From positions 1 through 55,964 of the forward strand of contig JAGBVD010000056.1 in assembly GCA_017630495.1 (NCBI GenBank): DNA of 55,964 nt, in the 5' to 3' direction. The notes below the pieces were generated by a model. The model was not told where the DNA came from. It saw only the letters and a list, made by a program, of their open reading frames with translations, and ran no database searches. The translations under genes and the position numbers were made by a program. This DNA is from Oscillospiraceae bacterium. GTDB lineage: Bacteria > Bacillota > Clostridia > Oscillospirales > Oscillospiraceae. Positions 1-9,326 of this stretch are shown here, piece by piece. Position 1 is the first letter of the stretch. Every line of letters begins with the position of its first letter.

Positions 1-609
1 AGCCATCCCAGAGATGCCGGCAAGAAGCTTTTTGACACAATGGCTTCTCAACCGAAAATCGCAAAGCAGCCGCATCTTCCCTTCCAGTCCGGTTCTTCCC
101 GGGTGCTGAAGGCCATGAACCGCCATTACGACAGAGAAAAATATCTGGAATTGGTGGAGTATGCAAAAAGTGTTATGCCGGAGCTGGTGCTGACCTCCGA
201 TGTGATCGTAGGCTTCCCCGGTGAAACGGAAGAAGAGTTTGAGCAGACCATCTCTCTCATTGAAAAAGTGCGCTATGATGCACTGTTTACCTTCATCTTC
301 TCCCCCAGAGTCGGCACTCCTGCCGCCTCTATGGAAGACCCCACCACCAAAGAGGAAAAAAATCGCAGATTCGACAAGCTGTGTGCTGCGCAAAATGCCA
401 TTTCCGAGCAGATCCACGCAGATTATGTGGGAAAGACGATGCGCTGTCTGATCGATGGCACTGACGGTGACCTGCTCACCGCCAGAACAGAAGGCGGTCG
501 CCTGGTGCGCCTGCCGGGAGATGCCGCACTTGTTGGCACCTTCGCCTATATTACCATTACCGGCTCCACCACCTGGAGCTTGACCGGAAACCTCGCAGAA
601 AGGGTATAA
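1..609 (+). CDS. miaB: tRNA-2-methylthio-N6-dimethylallyladenosine synthase MiaB, 3' part (5' end outside window)
   Basis: Frame is open from base 1 (SHPRD...). Motifs HLPFQSGS, IVGFPGET, FIFSPRVGTPAA and a C-terminal TRAM-like domain; precedes mutS. Confidence 0.9.
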   Translation, partial: SHPRDAGKKLFDTMASQPKIAKQPHLPFQSGSSRVLKAMNRHYDREKYLELVEYAKSVMPELVLTSDVIVGFPGETEEEFEQTISLIEKVRYDALFTFIFSPRVGTPAASMEDPTTKEEKNRRFDKLCAAQNAISEQIHADYVGKTMRCLIDGTDGDLLTARTEGGRLVRLPGDAALVGTFAYITITGSTTWSLTGNLAERV

Positions 610-613
610 AATT

Positions 614-3220
614 ATGGCAAAAGAGAACAATGAGCTGACCCCTATGAAGCGACAATATAATCTCATCAAGGAACGCAACAAGGACAGCATTCTGTTCTTC
701 CGTCTTGGAGATTTCTATGAAATGTTTGACGAGGATGCCAAACTGGCCGCCCGGGAACTGGATCTGACACTGACCACCCGGGACAGAAACAAGCCCAAGG
801 AAGAGCAGACCCCTATGTGCGGTGTTCCCTATCATTCTGTGGATGCTTACATTGCCAGACTGGTATCCAAGGGTTACAAGGTCGCTATCTGCGAGCAGAT
901 GGAAGACCCGGCGGCTGCAAAGGGAATCGTTCAGCGGGACATCACCCGCATCGTCACTCCCGGTACAGTCACCGAAAGCTGTATGCTGGACGAGAGCAAA
1001 AACAACTATATGGGTTGTCTGTACGGAGAGGGCGACGGCTATGGTCTGGCCTTCTGTGATGTGTCCACCGGCGCATTTTTCGCAACCACCTGCGCCGATG
1101 CCCAGGCAGCAGCTTCGGAATTGGGCCGTTTCTCCCCTTCCGAGGTGATTCGCGGTGGCAGCAGCTGCCACGACCCCATTCTGGATGACGCACTGTTTCG
1201 TCGGCTCAACTGCTGTGTGGACGAAGGAAAGCCGGAGCAGTTTAACCATGATAACAGCCAAAAGCTTTTGGAGCAGCACTTTAATGCGCCTTTGGCCACT
1301 TTGTGCCTGACCGGTCTGCCTTTGGCAACCATCGCAGCCGGCACACTGCTGGAAACGCTGCAGTTTGTGCAGAAAAACGAACTCAAGCACATCCGTCAGC
1401 TGCAGTATTACACCACCGGCCGTTTTATGGAGCTGGATATGGATGCCCGGAGAAATCTGGAGCTGACCGAAACCCTCCGCAGCAAGGAAAAGAAGGGCAC
1501 GCTCCTTTGGGTGTTGGATAAGACACACACCTCAATGGGTGGTCGTCTGCTGCGCAGTTGGCTGGAAAAGCCTCTGCTTGACCCGGCAGAGATCGGCCGC
1601 CGGCAAAACGCCGTCCAGTGGCTGATCGAAAACACCATCGCCCGGGGTGAACTGAATGAAGCACTGAAAGATGTAACTGACCTGGAGCGCGTTACCTCCC
1701 GGATCGTTACCGGCACTGTCAACTGCCGGGACCTTTTGGGCCTGGCCCGCGGCTTGCGGTCACTGCCCATTGTAAAAGAAAAGCTGCAGGACACAGATGC
1801 CTCTTTGCTGCAAAATCTGGAAAAGTCCATCGACTCCCTGGCAGATTGCGCAGCACTCATTGAAAACACCATTGTGGACGAGCCCCCTCTGACCGTAAAG
1901 GAAGGCGGCATCATCCGCGTTGGTGCCAGCGAAGAAGCTGACCGGCTGCGGGATATTATGAACGGTGGCGAAGGTACCATTGCTGCCATTGAAGCCTCGG
2001 AAAAGGAAAAGACCGGTATTCGTACCCTTCGGGTTGGCTATAACCGGGTGTTTGGTTACTTTATCGAAGTGTCCAAGTCCTTTATTGATCAAGTGCCGGA
2101 GCATTATATCCGCAAGCAGACCCTCACAAACTGCGAGCGCTATATTACCCAGGAACTGAAAGACCTGGAAAATCAGGTGCTCACAGCCAAGGATCGTCTA
2201 ACGGCTCTGGAATATCAAATCTTCTCCAATCTGCGGGAGCATTTGGCAAAGCAGGCTGACCGGATCTTGACCTCCGCTGCCGCTGTTGCCGCCACCGATG
2301 CTCTTTGTTCTCTGGCAACCGTTGCGGTCCAGAGAAACTACTGCCGTCCGGAAATCACTTTGGACAACGAAATTTCCATCACCGACGGCCGCCACCCTGT
2401 GGTAGAGCAAATGCTCAAAGACACCTTATTTGTGCCTAACGATACTGTCATCGGTGCAGTCGATAATCAGGTATCCATCATCACCGGACCGAATATGGCC
2501 GGTAAGTCTACCTATATGCGACAAGTAGCGCTGATCGTACTGATGGCGCAGATGGGCTCTTTTGTGCCTGCCCGCAGTGCCAGAATCGGCCTTGTGGACC
2601 GGGTATTTACCCGGATCGGTGCCAGCGATGATCTGGCTTCCGGTCAATCCACCTTTATGGTGGAAATGGCAGAGGTGGCCTCTATTTTGAAATATGCCAC
2701 CTCCAAGAGTCTGCTGATTCTGGACGAGATCGGCCGCGGCACCTCTACATACGACGGTATGTCCATTGCCCGGGCGGTGCTGGAATACGCGGCCAGTCCC
2801 CGTCATCTGGGTGCCAAGACCCTCTTCGCCACCCACTATCACGAATTGAGCACCATTGAAGATGAACTTCCCAATGTGAAAAACTACAACATTGCCGTGA
2901 AAAAGCAAGGCGATAAGATGATCTTCCTGCGCAAGATCATTCCCGGTGCCACCGACGACAGCTACGGTATCGAAGTTGCAAAACTGGCCGGACTTCCTAA
3001 CAGCGTTGTAAATCGCGCTCGACAGATCCTCTCCCAGCTGGAGCTGGAGGGTGCGCCTGCGCCTGCCCACATTGTCAAAGAAGAACCGGACGATCAGATC
3101 AGTATGATGGATCTGACCTCCCAACAGGTGTGCGCCGCGCTGGAAAAGATCAGCGTGGAGACCCTGACGCCCATTGAGGCCATGAACGAACTTTATAAGT
3201 TAAAGAAGATGTTACAGTAA
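614..3220 (+). CDS. mutS: DNA mismatch repair protein MutS
   Basis: TPMKRQY...FFRLGDFYEMF mismatch-binding motif; Walker A GPNMAGKST; STFMVEM; DEIGRGTST; FATHYHEL. Confidence 0.98.
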   Translation: MAKENNELTPMKRQYNLIKERNKDSILFFRLGDFYEMFDEDAKLAARELDLTLTTRDRNKPKEEQTPMCGVPYHSVDAYIARLVSKGYKVAICEQMEDPAAAKGIVQRDITRIVTPGTVTESCMLDESKNNYMGCLYGEGDGYGLAFCDVSTGAFFATTCADAQAAASELGRFSPSEVIRGGSSCHDPILDDALFRRLNCCVDEGKPEQFNHDNSQKLLEQHFNAPLATLCLTGLPLATIAAGTLLETLQFVQKNELKHIRQLQYYTTGRFMELDMDARRNLELTETLRSKEKKGTLLWVLDKTHTSMGGRLLRSWLEKPLLDPAEIGRRQNAVQWLIENTIARGELNEALKDVTDLERVTSRIVTGTVNCRDLLGLARGLRSLPIVKEKLQDTDASLLQNLEKSIDSLADCAALIENTIVDEPPLTVKEGGIIRVGASEEADRLRDIMNGGEGTIAAIEASEKEKTGIRTLRVGYNRVFGYFIEVSKSFIDQVPEHYIRKQTLTNCERYITQELKDLENQVLTAKDRLTALEYQIFSNLREHLAKQADRILTSAAAVAATDALCSLATVAVQRNYCRPEITLDNEISITDGRHPVVEQMLKDTLFVPNDTVIGAVDNQVSIITGPNMAGKSTYMRQVALIVLMAQMGSFVPARSARIGLVDRVFTRIGASDDLASGQSTFMVEMAEVASILKYATSKSLLILDEIGRGTSTYDGMSIARAVLEYAASPRHLGAKTLFATHYHELSTIEDELPNVKNYNIAVKKQGDKMIFLRKIIPGATDDSYGIEVAKLAGLPNSVVNRARQILSQLELEGAPAPAHIVKEEPDDQISMMDLTSQQVCAALEKISVETLTPIEAMNELYKLKKMLQ

Positions 3221-3222
3221 CT

Positions 3223-3912
3223 ATGAATAAAATCTCCGTTGTTCCCAACAAAGGCCAAGCGATCGCAGGCTATATTTATCTGGCGGTCCAGCTTTTGGTG
3301 CTGCAGCCGGCCCTGGCAATCATAAACCTACTGCTGCCTGTACCAATGAGCAATACTACGCTGAATATTGTATATTTCATTATCAATTTTCTTTGTGTTG
3401 CCGCAATTTTCTGCCGCTATCTTCTTTCCTCCGGCAAGTGTTTCTTTGGCAATCTCCTGCGTTGTCTTTGCTACGCATTTCTGGCTTTTTCGGCATATTG
3501 GGTAGCCAGTACCTTTGTGAGTTCTCTGATTTTCAGCATTGATCCCAAATTTTCCAATGTCAATGATGAGAATATTCAGCAAATGACCCAGGACAACTTC
3601 ACCCTTATGGCTTTGGGTACTGTCCTATTGGTTCCCATTACCGAGGAAGTTCTCTACCGGGGTCTGATTTTCGGCAAGATTTATAATCACAGCCGGATAC
3701 TGGCTTATCTGATTTCTACCGTTGCCTTTGCCGCACTGCACATCGTCGGCTATATCGGCATGTATGAGCCGAAGCTGCTGCTTTTGTGCCTGATGCAGTA
3801 TCTGCCGGCAGGTCTGTGCCTGGGCTGGGCTTACGCCAGCACCGGCAGCATTTGGACCTCTATCGTCGTACACATTGCTGTTAATTTGATTGCTATGCTT
3901 TCTATGAGGTGA
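3223..3912 (+). CDS. CPBP-family (CAAX/Abi) intramembrane glutamic endopeptidase
   Basis: Multi-TM protein with EEVLYRG (EExxxR), FAALH (FxxxH) and HIAVN (HxxxN) motifs. Confidence 0.85.
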   Translation: MNKISVVPNKGQAIAGYIYLAVQLLVLQPALAIINLLLPVPMSNTTLNIVYFIINFLCVAAIFCRYLLSSGKCFFGNLLRCLCYAFLAFSAYWVASTFVSSLIFSIDPKFSNVNDENIQQMTQDNFTLMALGTVLLVPITEEVLYRGLIFGKIYNHSRILAYLISTVAFAALHIVGYIGMYEPKLLLLCLMQYLPAGLCLGWAYASTGSIWTSIVVHIAVNLIAMLSMR

Positions 3913-3917
3913 TCTCT

Positions 3918-5801
3918 ATGGCAAAAATCCTACAATTATCTCCCCACGTAGCGAATTTGATCGCTGCCGGTGAAGTGGTGGAGCGTCCTACCTCCGTGGT
4001 CAAGGAACTGCTGGAAAACGCAGTAGATGCCGGTGCGACCCAGGTAACTGTGGAAATTCGCGATGGTGGTATGACCTTTTTGCGGGTAACCGACAACGGC
4101 TGCGGTATGTCCCCGGAGGATGCGAAAACGGCCTTTTTGCGCCACGCAACCTCGAAGCTGCGCACCGCAGAGGATCTGTCTGCCATCGGCACCATGGGTT
4201 TCCGCGGTGAAGCCTTGGCCGCCATTGCCTCCGTCAGCCGCATCGACTTGCTGACAAAAACCTCCGATTCCATCTCCGGCACTTCCCTGACTTTGGAGGC
4301 CGGTAACATTGTGGAAGCTACAGAGGCAGGCTGTCCCAACGGCACGACGATCATCGTCAGAGATCTGTTCTTCAACACCCCTGCGAGAATGAAATTTATG
4401 AAGTCTGACTCTGTAGAGGGCGGTAAGGTTTCTGCCGCTGTACAGATGCAGGCGCTGGCTCACCCGGAGGTAGCTTTCCGTTTCCTCAGGGATGGAAAAG
4501 AGGTTTTAAACACCCCCGGCACAAACCGATTGGAAGATGCGGTTTACTGCGTTTACGGCCGGGACAGCGGCAAAATGGTAAAGCTGGACAGCCAATGGGA
4601 AGGCTATCGCCTCTGCGGCTATGTTTCCAAGCCTACCGATGCCCGCCCCAGCCGAAATTTGCAGACCTTTTTTGTCAATGACAGACCGGTGAAATCCCGC
4701 ATTTTGATTGCTGCCCTGGAGGAAGCCTACCGCAACCGGATCATGCAAGGCAGATTCCCCGCTTGTGTTCTGCATTTGACCATTCCGGCCAATGCAGTAG
4801 ATGTCAATGTCCATCCGGCCAAAACCGAGGTGAAATTCCTCAATGAAAAAGCCGTTTTTGACCTGGTCCATTATGGTGTTTTAGGAGCGCTGAACAAGGC
4901 TGCTGACCGACCCCAGATGCAGTTTAAACAACCGGTGCAACCTACCCCCGCCCCGGAATCTAAACCGAATCCTGCCCCCAAGCAGAATTCTTTCTTCCAG
5001 ACGATGACTCCGGCAGAATTCAAAACCTTCTCTGCCGTTATTCAGGATGCCCCGAAACCCAGCGAAAAGGCGGCATTTTCCACTGTTGCAGCCATTGAAC
5101 GCTCTGCAGGTCAAGTCCTGCGACAAGAGGTGTACGCACCGAAAGTGCCTGTCAGCGCACCCCCTGCGGTTGAAAGCCCGGCGACAGCGGAAGCTCCTGC
5201 GCCGGAGCAGATCGTTATGCCGATGCCCCAGGAAATTCCCTGGAGATTGGTTGGCGAGCTTTATGATGCTTATGTACTTGTGCAGCAGGGCGATGATGCC
5301 TTTCTCATCGACAAGCACGCAGCTCACGAGCGCATTCTCTTTGATAAGCTGAAAGAAAATCAGGAAGCCATCAGTTCCCAGGCACTGCTCTCCCCCATCC
5401 CTTGTCGGCTCAGTGCCGATGCTGTGGCGATTTTGCTGGACAACCGGGAGCTTCTCAACACCCTGGGCTTTGAAATTGACGAATTTGGCGACAATGCGGT
5501 GCTGCTGCGGCAGATTCCTATGGACCTCTCCCCGGAGGTAGCCTGCGAGGCAGTGGAAAATTTGGCAGCCGATCTGCAAAATGGCCGTCGGGAGAAAAAG
5601 ACCAATGTCCGGGATGAAATGCTGCACACCGTTGCCTGCAAATCCGCTATCAAAGCCGGATGGCATACGAATGAAAAAGAGCTTCTGGTATTGGTCGGCC
5701 AGGTGATGGCCAGAGAAGACCTGAAATACTGCCCCCACGGCAGACCCATCTGTATTTCCTTGAGCAAAAAGCAACTGGAAAAGCAATTTAAACGCTCATA
5801 A
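3918..5801 (+). CDS. mutL: DNA mismatch repair endonuclease MutL
   Basis: IAAGEVVERP, KELLENAVDAGA, DNGCGM, GFRGEAL; C-terminal DKHAAHER and CPHGRP endonuclease motifs. ATG 3918 follows GAGGTG RBS. Confidence 0.98.
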   Translation: MAKILQLSPHVANLIAAGEVVERPTSVVKELLENAVDAGATQVTVEIRDGGMTFLRVTDNGCGMSPEDAKTAFLRHATSKLRTAEDLSAIGTMGFRGEALAAIASVSRIDLLTKTSDSISGTSLTLEAGNIVEATEAGCPNGTTIIVRDLFFNTPARMKFMKSDSVEGGKVSAAVQMQALAHPEVAFRFLRDGKEVLNTPGTNRLEDAVYCVYGRDSGKMVKLDSQWEGYRLCGYVSKPTDARPSRNLQTFFVNDRPVKSRILIAALEEAYRNRIMQGRFPACVLHLTIPANAVDVNVHPAKTEVKFLNEKAVFDLVHYGVLGALNKAADRPQMQFKQPVQPTPAPESKPNPAPKQNSFFQTMTPAEFKTFSAVIQDAPKPSEKAAFSTVAAIERSAGQVLRQEVYAPKVPVSAPPAVESPATAEAPAPEQIVMPMPQEIPWRLVGELYDAYVLVQQGDDAFLIDKHAAHERILFDKLKENQEAISSQALLSPIPCRLSADAVAILLDNRELLNTLGFEIDEFGDNAVLLRQIPMDLSPEVACEAVENLAADLQNGRREKKTNVRDEMLHTVACKSAIKAGWHTNEKELLVLVGQVMAREDLKYCPHGRPICISLSKKQLEKQFKRS

Positions 5802-5824
5802 ACAGATTTTAAGGAGGTATTGGT

Positions 5825-6760
5825 TTGGACAATATTATATGCATTGCCGGACCTACCGCCTCCGGAAAAACCGCCCTTGCGGTAGCTTTGGCCCAAGCGG
5901 TAAATGGCGAGGTGGTCTCCTGCGACTCTATGCAGGTCTACCGTCGAATGGATATCGGCACCGCCAAGCCTACAAAAGAAGAAATGCAGGGCATCCCCCA
6001 CCATATGCTGGATGTGGTTGACCCCGAGGAAGACTTTTCTGTCAGCCGTTACTGTGAATTGGCAACACCCATTGTGCAGGATATTCTTGCCAGAGGAAAA
6101 ACCGCCATCATTGCCGGCGGCACAGGTCTTTATATGGATGCGTTGATCAACGGCAACGATTTTGCCCCCTACCCTGCCACCGGTATGCGGGAAAAACTGG
6201 AACAGCAAGCCGACGCAGAGGGTATGGATTCTATGCTACAGCTGCTGCGCACCATTGACCCGGAATCTGCTGAAAGATTGCACCTGAAAGATCGCAAACG
6301 AATTTTGCGGGCCTTGGAGGTGTACTACGAAACCGGTGAAACCATCACCGCCCACAATTTAAAAACCAAAGCAATACCGCCCCGTTTCCAGCCGGTATGG
6401 TTTGCTTTGGAAGATGAAAACAGACAAGATCTTTACGACCGGATTGACCGCCGGGTAGAGATTATGGTACAAAACGGCTTGATCGAGGAAATCCGGGCAT
6501 TGCTGGATTCCGGTGTGCCGGAAAAATGCACCGCGATGCAGGCCATCGGTTACAAGGAATTTGTAGATGCCCTTGCCGGCCGCGCCACGATCGACCAGGC
6601 CATTGCCCAAGTTCAGCAGTCCTCCCGGCATTATGCCAAGCGACAGCTTACCTGGTTCCGGCGCAATGGCAATATCCACTGGCTGCGCAGAAAACGCGGA
6701 GATACCACAGAAAAAATTCTTCTTTCCGCCCGACAGATTCTGGCGGATTTCGACAAATAG
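5825..6760 (+). CDS. miaA: tRNA dimethylallyltransferase
   Basis: GPTASGKT, DSMQVY..MDIGTAKP, GGTGLY, AIGYKE, YAKRQLTWF. TTG start after AGGAGG. Confidence 0.97.
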   Translation: MDNIICIAGPTASGKTALAVALAQAVNGEVVSCDSMQVYRRMDIGTAKPTKEEMQGIPHHMLDVVDPEEDFSVSRYCELATPIVQDILARGKTAIIAGGTGLYMDALINGNDFAPYPATGMREKLEQQADAEGMDSMLQLLRTIDPESAERLHLKDRKRILRALEVYYETGETITAHNLKTKAIPPRFQPVWFALEDENRQDLYDRIDRRVEIMVQNGLIEEIRALLDSGVPEKCTAMQAIGYKEFVDALAGRATIDQAIAQVQQSSRHYAKRQLTWFRRNGNIHWLRRKRGDTTEKILLSARQILADFDK

Positions 6761-6815
6761 AAAATGGTAAGATTTATGTATCCCATCGGGAATTTCAAAG
6801 AAAGAGGGAATACAT

Positions 6816-7043
6816 ATGTCTGAACAAATCAATCTGCAGGACGCCATTTTAAAAGAAGTCTTCCGGGACAGAATTCCGGTCACACTGTTTTTGATGAATG
6901 GCTTTCAGCTCCGGGGCACCATCGCCGGCTACGACAGCTTCGTGGTGGTACTGTTAAGCGATGGCAAACAGCAAATGATCTATAAGCACGCCATCTCCAC
7001 ACTTGTCCCCATTCGACCCCTGAAAGCAGCACAGACTGCATAG
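6816..7043 (+). CDS. hfq: RNA chaperone Hfq
   Basis: [23 protein letters not shown] Sm motifs; follows miaA. Confidence 0.96.
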   Translation: MSEQINLQDAILKEVFRDRIPVTLFLMNGFQLRGTIAGYDSFVVVLLSDGKQQMIYKHAISTLVPIRPLKAAQTA

Positions 7044-7064
7044 GCTGACCAAATAGCCTAATCC

Positions 7065-7096
7065 GGGCGACGGAGCATACTGCTTCGTCGCCTTTT
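7065..7096 (+). terminator. Intrinsic terminator after hfq
   Basis: GGCGACGGAGCA-TAC-TGCTTCGTCGCC followed by TTTT. Confidence 0.7.
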
Positions 7097-7119
7097 ACTA
7101 TACAGAAAGAAGGATGTTT

Positions 7120-7818
7120 ATGTCCATAGCGGAAAATATTGCCCATATTCGCGCCCAGATGAATGCAGCCGCCATAGAAGCAGGCCGCGATCCCAAAGAG
7201 ATTCTGCTGTGCGCTGCCACCAAAATGAACGACGGAGAAAATGTCCGGCAGGCCATTGCCGGCGGTGTGGATTGCTGCGGTGAAAACCGGGTGCAGGAAC
7301 TGACAAAAAAGCTTTCCGAAAATGCCTATGACGGCGCACCGGTACATTTTATCGGCCATTTGCAAACCAACAAAGTAAAGCAAGTGGTAGGCAAGGTGGA
7401 TTTGATTCAGAGCGTGGATTCTTTGCGGCTTTTGAATGCCATTCAAGAGCAGGCCGCCAAACAAAACATCGTTCAAAAGATTCTTTTGGAGATCAATGTA
7501 GGCGGTGAAGAAAGCAAGTCCGGCTTTTGTGTTGGTGAAATTTATGAAATTTGCGAAAAAATGACCAATTTCCCCAATATTCGGGTGGAAGGTCTTATGA
7601 CAGTTCCCCCGATTTGTCAAATTCCCGGTGAAAATCGCAAATTTTTTCAAGAAATTTATCAGCTTTCTGTTGACATAACGACAAAAAAATACGATAATGT
7701 ATGTGTTAAAATTCTGTCTATGGGTATGTCCGACGATTTCCGGGATGCCATTGCCTGCGGCAGCACAATGGTACGCATCGGAACGGCGATCTTCGGTGCC
7801 AGAGACTACTCGAAATAA
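7120..7818 (+). CDS. yggS: PLP homeostasis protein, YggS/YlmE family
   Basis: AATK, GENRVQE, HFIGHLQTNK, LSMGMSDD, GSTMVRIGTAIFG. Start moved to ATG 7120 after AAGGA. Confidence 0.95.
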   Translation: MSIAENIAHIRAQMNAAAIEAGRDPKEILLCAATKMNDGENVRQAIAGGVDCCGENRVQELTKKLSENAYDGAPVHFIGHLQTNKVKQVVGKVDLIQSVDSLRLLNAIQEQAAKQNIVQKILLEINVGGEESKSGFCVGEIYEICEKMTNFPNIRVEGLMTVPPICQIPGENRKFFQEIYQLSVDITTKKYDNVCVKILSMGMSDDFRDAIACGSTMVRIGTAIFGARDYSK

Positions 7819-7850
7819 GTATATAAACATATTTAGGAGGATATAGAAAA

Positions 7851-8342
7851 ATGAGCTTATGGGACAACATCAAGAAATTTACACAGCCCTATTCCGATGA
7901 TGAGTACGATGATTACGATGAGGAATTGGATGAACTGGTAGATGATCCCCAGCCCACCCGTAGCCGTCGCTCCCCCTTCGCAACCAACGATACCGATGAT
8001 GCTTTCAATCCTGCTCCTTCCGCAACCGTTGGCGGTTTCGGCGGTCAGGTTCTGAATATGAGCTCCGGCAAGCAGGAAGTGGTCCTGTTCCACGCAAAGA
8101 CTTTCGAGGACGCTGCCAAAGCTGCTGACGAACTGCGCAGAAAGAAGGCAGTTATTCTGAATATGGAAAATGTGGACAAGTCTCTGACCCGTCGCGTAGT
8201 AGACTTCCTCTCCGGCAGTGTTTACGCACTGGACGGCAGCGTGAAGAAGATTGCCCAGTCCACCTACCTGTTCTGCCCCCACAATATGGATGTTGTGGGC
8301 GATTTGGAAAATGTGCAGGGTGAAATCGAGAGCTACATCTAA
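7851..8342 (+). CDS. sepF: Cell division protein SepF
   Basis: Acidic N-terminal linker; VILNME..RRVVDFLSGSVYALDG; position between yggS and divIVA. Confidence 0.93.
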   Translation: MSLWDNIKKFTQPYSDDEYDDYDEELDELVDDPQPTRSRRSPFATNDTDDAFNPAPSATVGGFGGQVLNMSSGKQEVVLFHAKTFEDAAKAADELRRKKAVILNMENVDKSLTRRVVDFLSGSVYALDGSVKKIAQSTYLFCPHNMDVVGDLENVQGEIESYI

Positions 8343-8363
8343 TAACACAGAGAGGACAATCTA

Positions 8364-9056
8364 ATGTTTACACCACAACAGATAGATCAAATCTCCTTTA
8401 ACCGTGCCGCCTTCGGTGGTTACGATATGCAGGCTGTGGATGAATTTCTGGAGCCGCTCACCGAGGACTACATCACCCTTTACAAAGAGAATGCCCTTCT
8501 CAAGAGCAAGATGAAGGTCTTGGTCAGCAAGTTAGAGGAATACCGCAAAAACGAAGCCAGCATGAAGGATGCCATTGTCAATGCCCAGAAGACCTGTGAT
8601 ATGATGGTCAAAGAGGCCGAAGCAAAATGCACCCAGATGCTTGCAGATGCCAACCAGGCAGCTACCGAAAACGCAAAGAATGCCGATGCTTTGATCGCGG
8701 CTGAAAATGAGCGTGTGGAGGATGCCAAAAAGGTTGCCGCCGCCAGAATCACCGAACTGCAGGAACAGATTCGTGGCTGCATTCAGGCTTTAGAGCGGAT
8801 CAAGGAGGCTAACCGCCCCGTAACCACTCCTCCCGAGGGTCAAGTTTTTGACTACGAGCGTGTGGAAGCAAGTGCCAAGCAAAATGCCGAGACAGCAGCC
8901 GTTGCAGACGAGATCTCCGCAAACCTGGAAAATCTTGTCGGCACTACCGAGGAAGCTTCTCCCAAGGCAGAGCCCAAGCACCCCACCACCGACACGACCA
9001 CCAGCAAGTTCACCAACTTGCAGTTTGGCAGAAACTACGATCCCACTCATCGGTAA
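8364..9056 (+). CDS. divIVA: DivIVA-domain protein
   Basis: TPQQID..F..AFGGYD..AVDEFL N-terminal domain followed by coiled coil; upstream of ileS. Confidence 0.88.
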   Translation: MFTPQQIDQISFNRAAFGGYDMQAVDEFLEPLTEDYITLYKENALLKSKMKVLVSKLEEYRKNEASMKDAIVNAQKTCDMMVKEAEAKCTQMLADANQAATENAKNADALIAAENERVEDAKKVAAARITELQEQIRGCIQALERIKEANRPVTTPPEGQVFDYERVEASAKQNAETAAVADEISANLENLVGTTEEASPKAEPKHPTTDTTTSKFTNLQFGRNYDPTHR

Positions 9057-9067
9057 TTTCATACATG

Positions 9068-9300
9068 AGCTATGACGAGGACAAGTCAGCATGCTTCAGG
9101 CTTTCAGAGAGCTGCCGGATGGTGCAAGGCAGTAAGCACAGCATTGCCGGTATCCCCTCGGAGCTGCGCACCGAACGTATAGTAGGCTGCGCCGGGTACG
9201 CCCGATATCGCGCACACGAGTGCCGGGAAACCGGAATAAGAGTGGTACCGCAGAGGTTATAACACCTTTGTCTCTTAATGAGACAAAGGTGTTTTTATTT
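9068..9300 (+). promoter_or_regulatory. Ile T-box riboswitch leader of ileS
   Basis: Stem I AG bulge (AGAGA) and GGTGCAA distal loop; specifier ATC (Ile) at 9152-9154; stem II GAAC/AGTA; T-box AATAAGAGTGGTACCGC at 9235-9251; terminator AACACCTTTGTCTC-TTAAT-GAGACAAAGGTGTT plus T-run at 9261-9300. Confidence 0.93.
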
Positions 9301-9326
9301 TTGAAATTTTATGGAGGTTATTTCCA

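Noticed and set aside
9065-9262. 65-aa ORF between divIVA and ileS
   Set aside because: Coincides with the T-box RNA structure.
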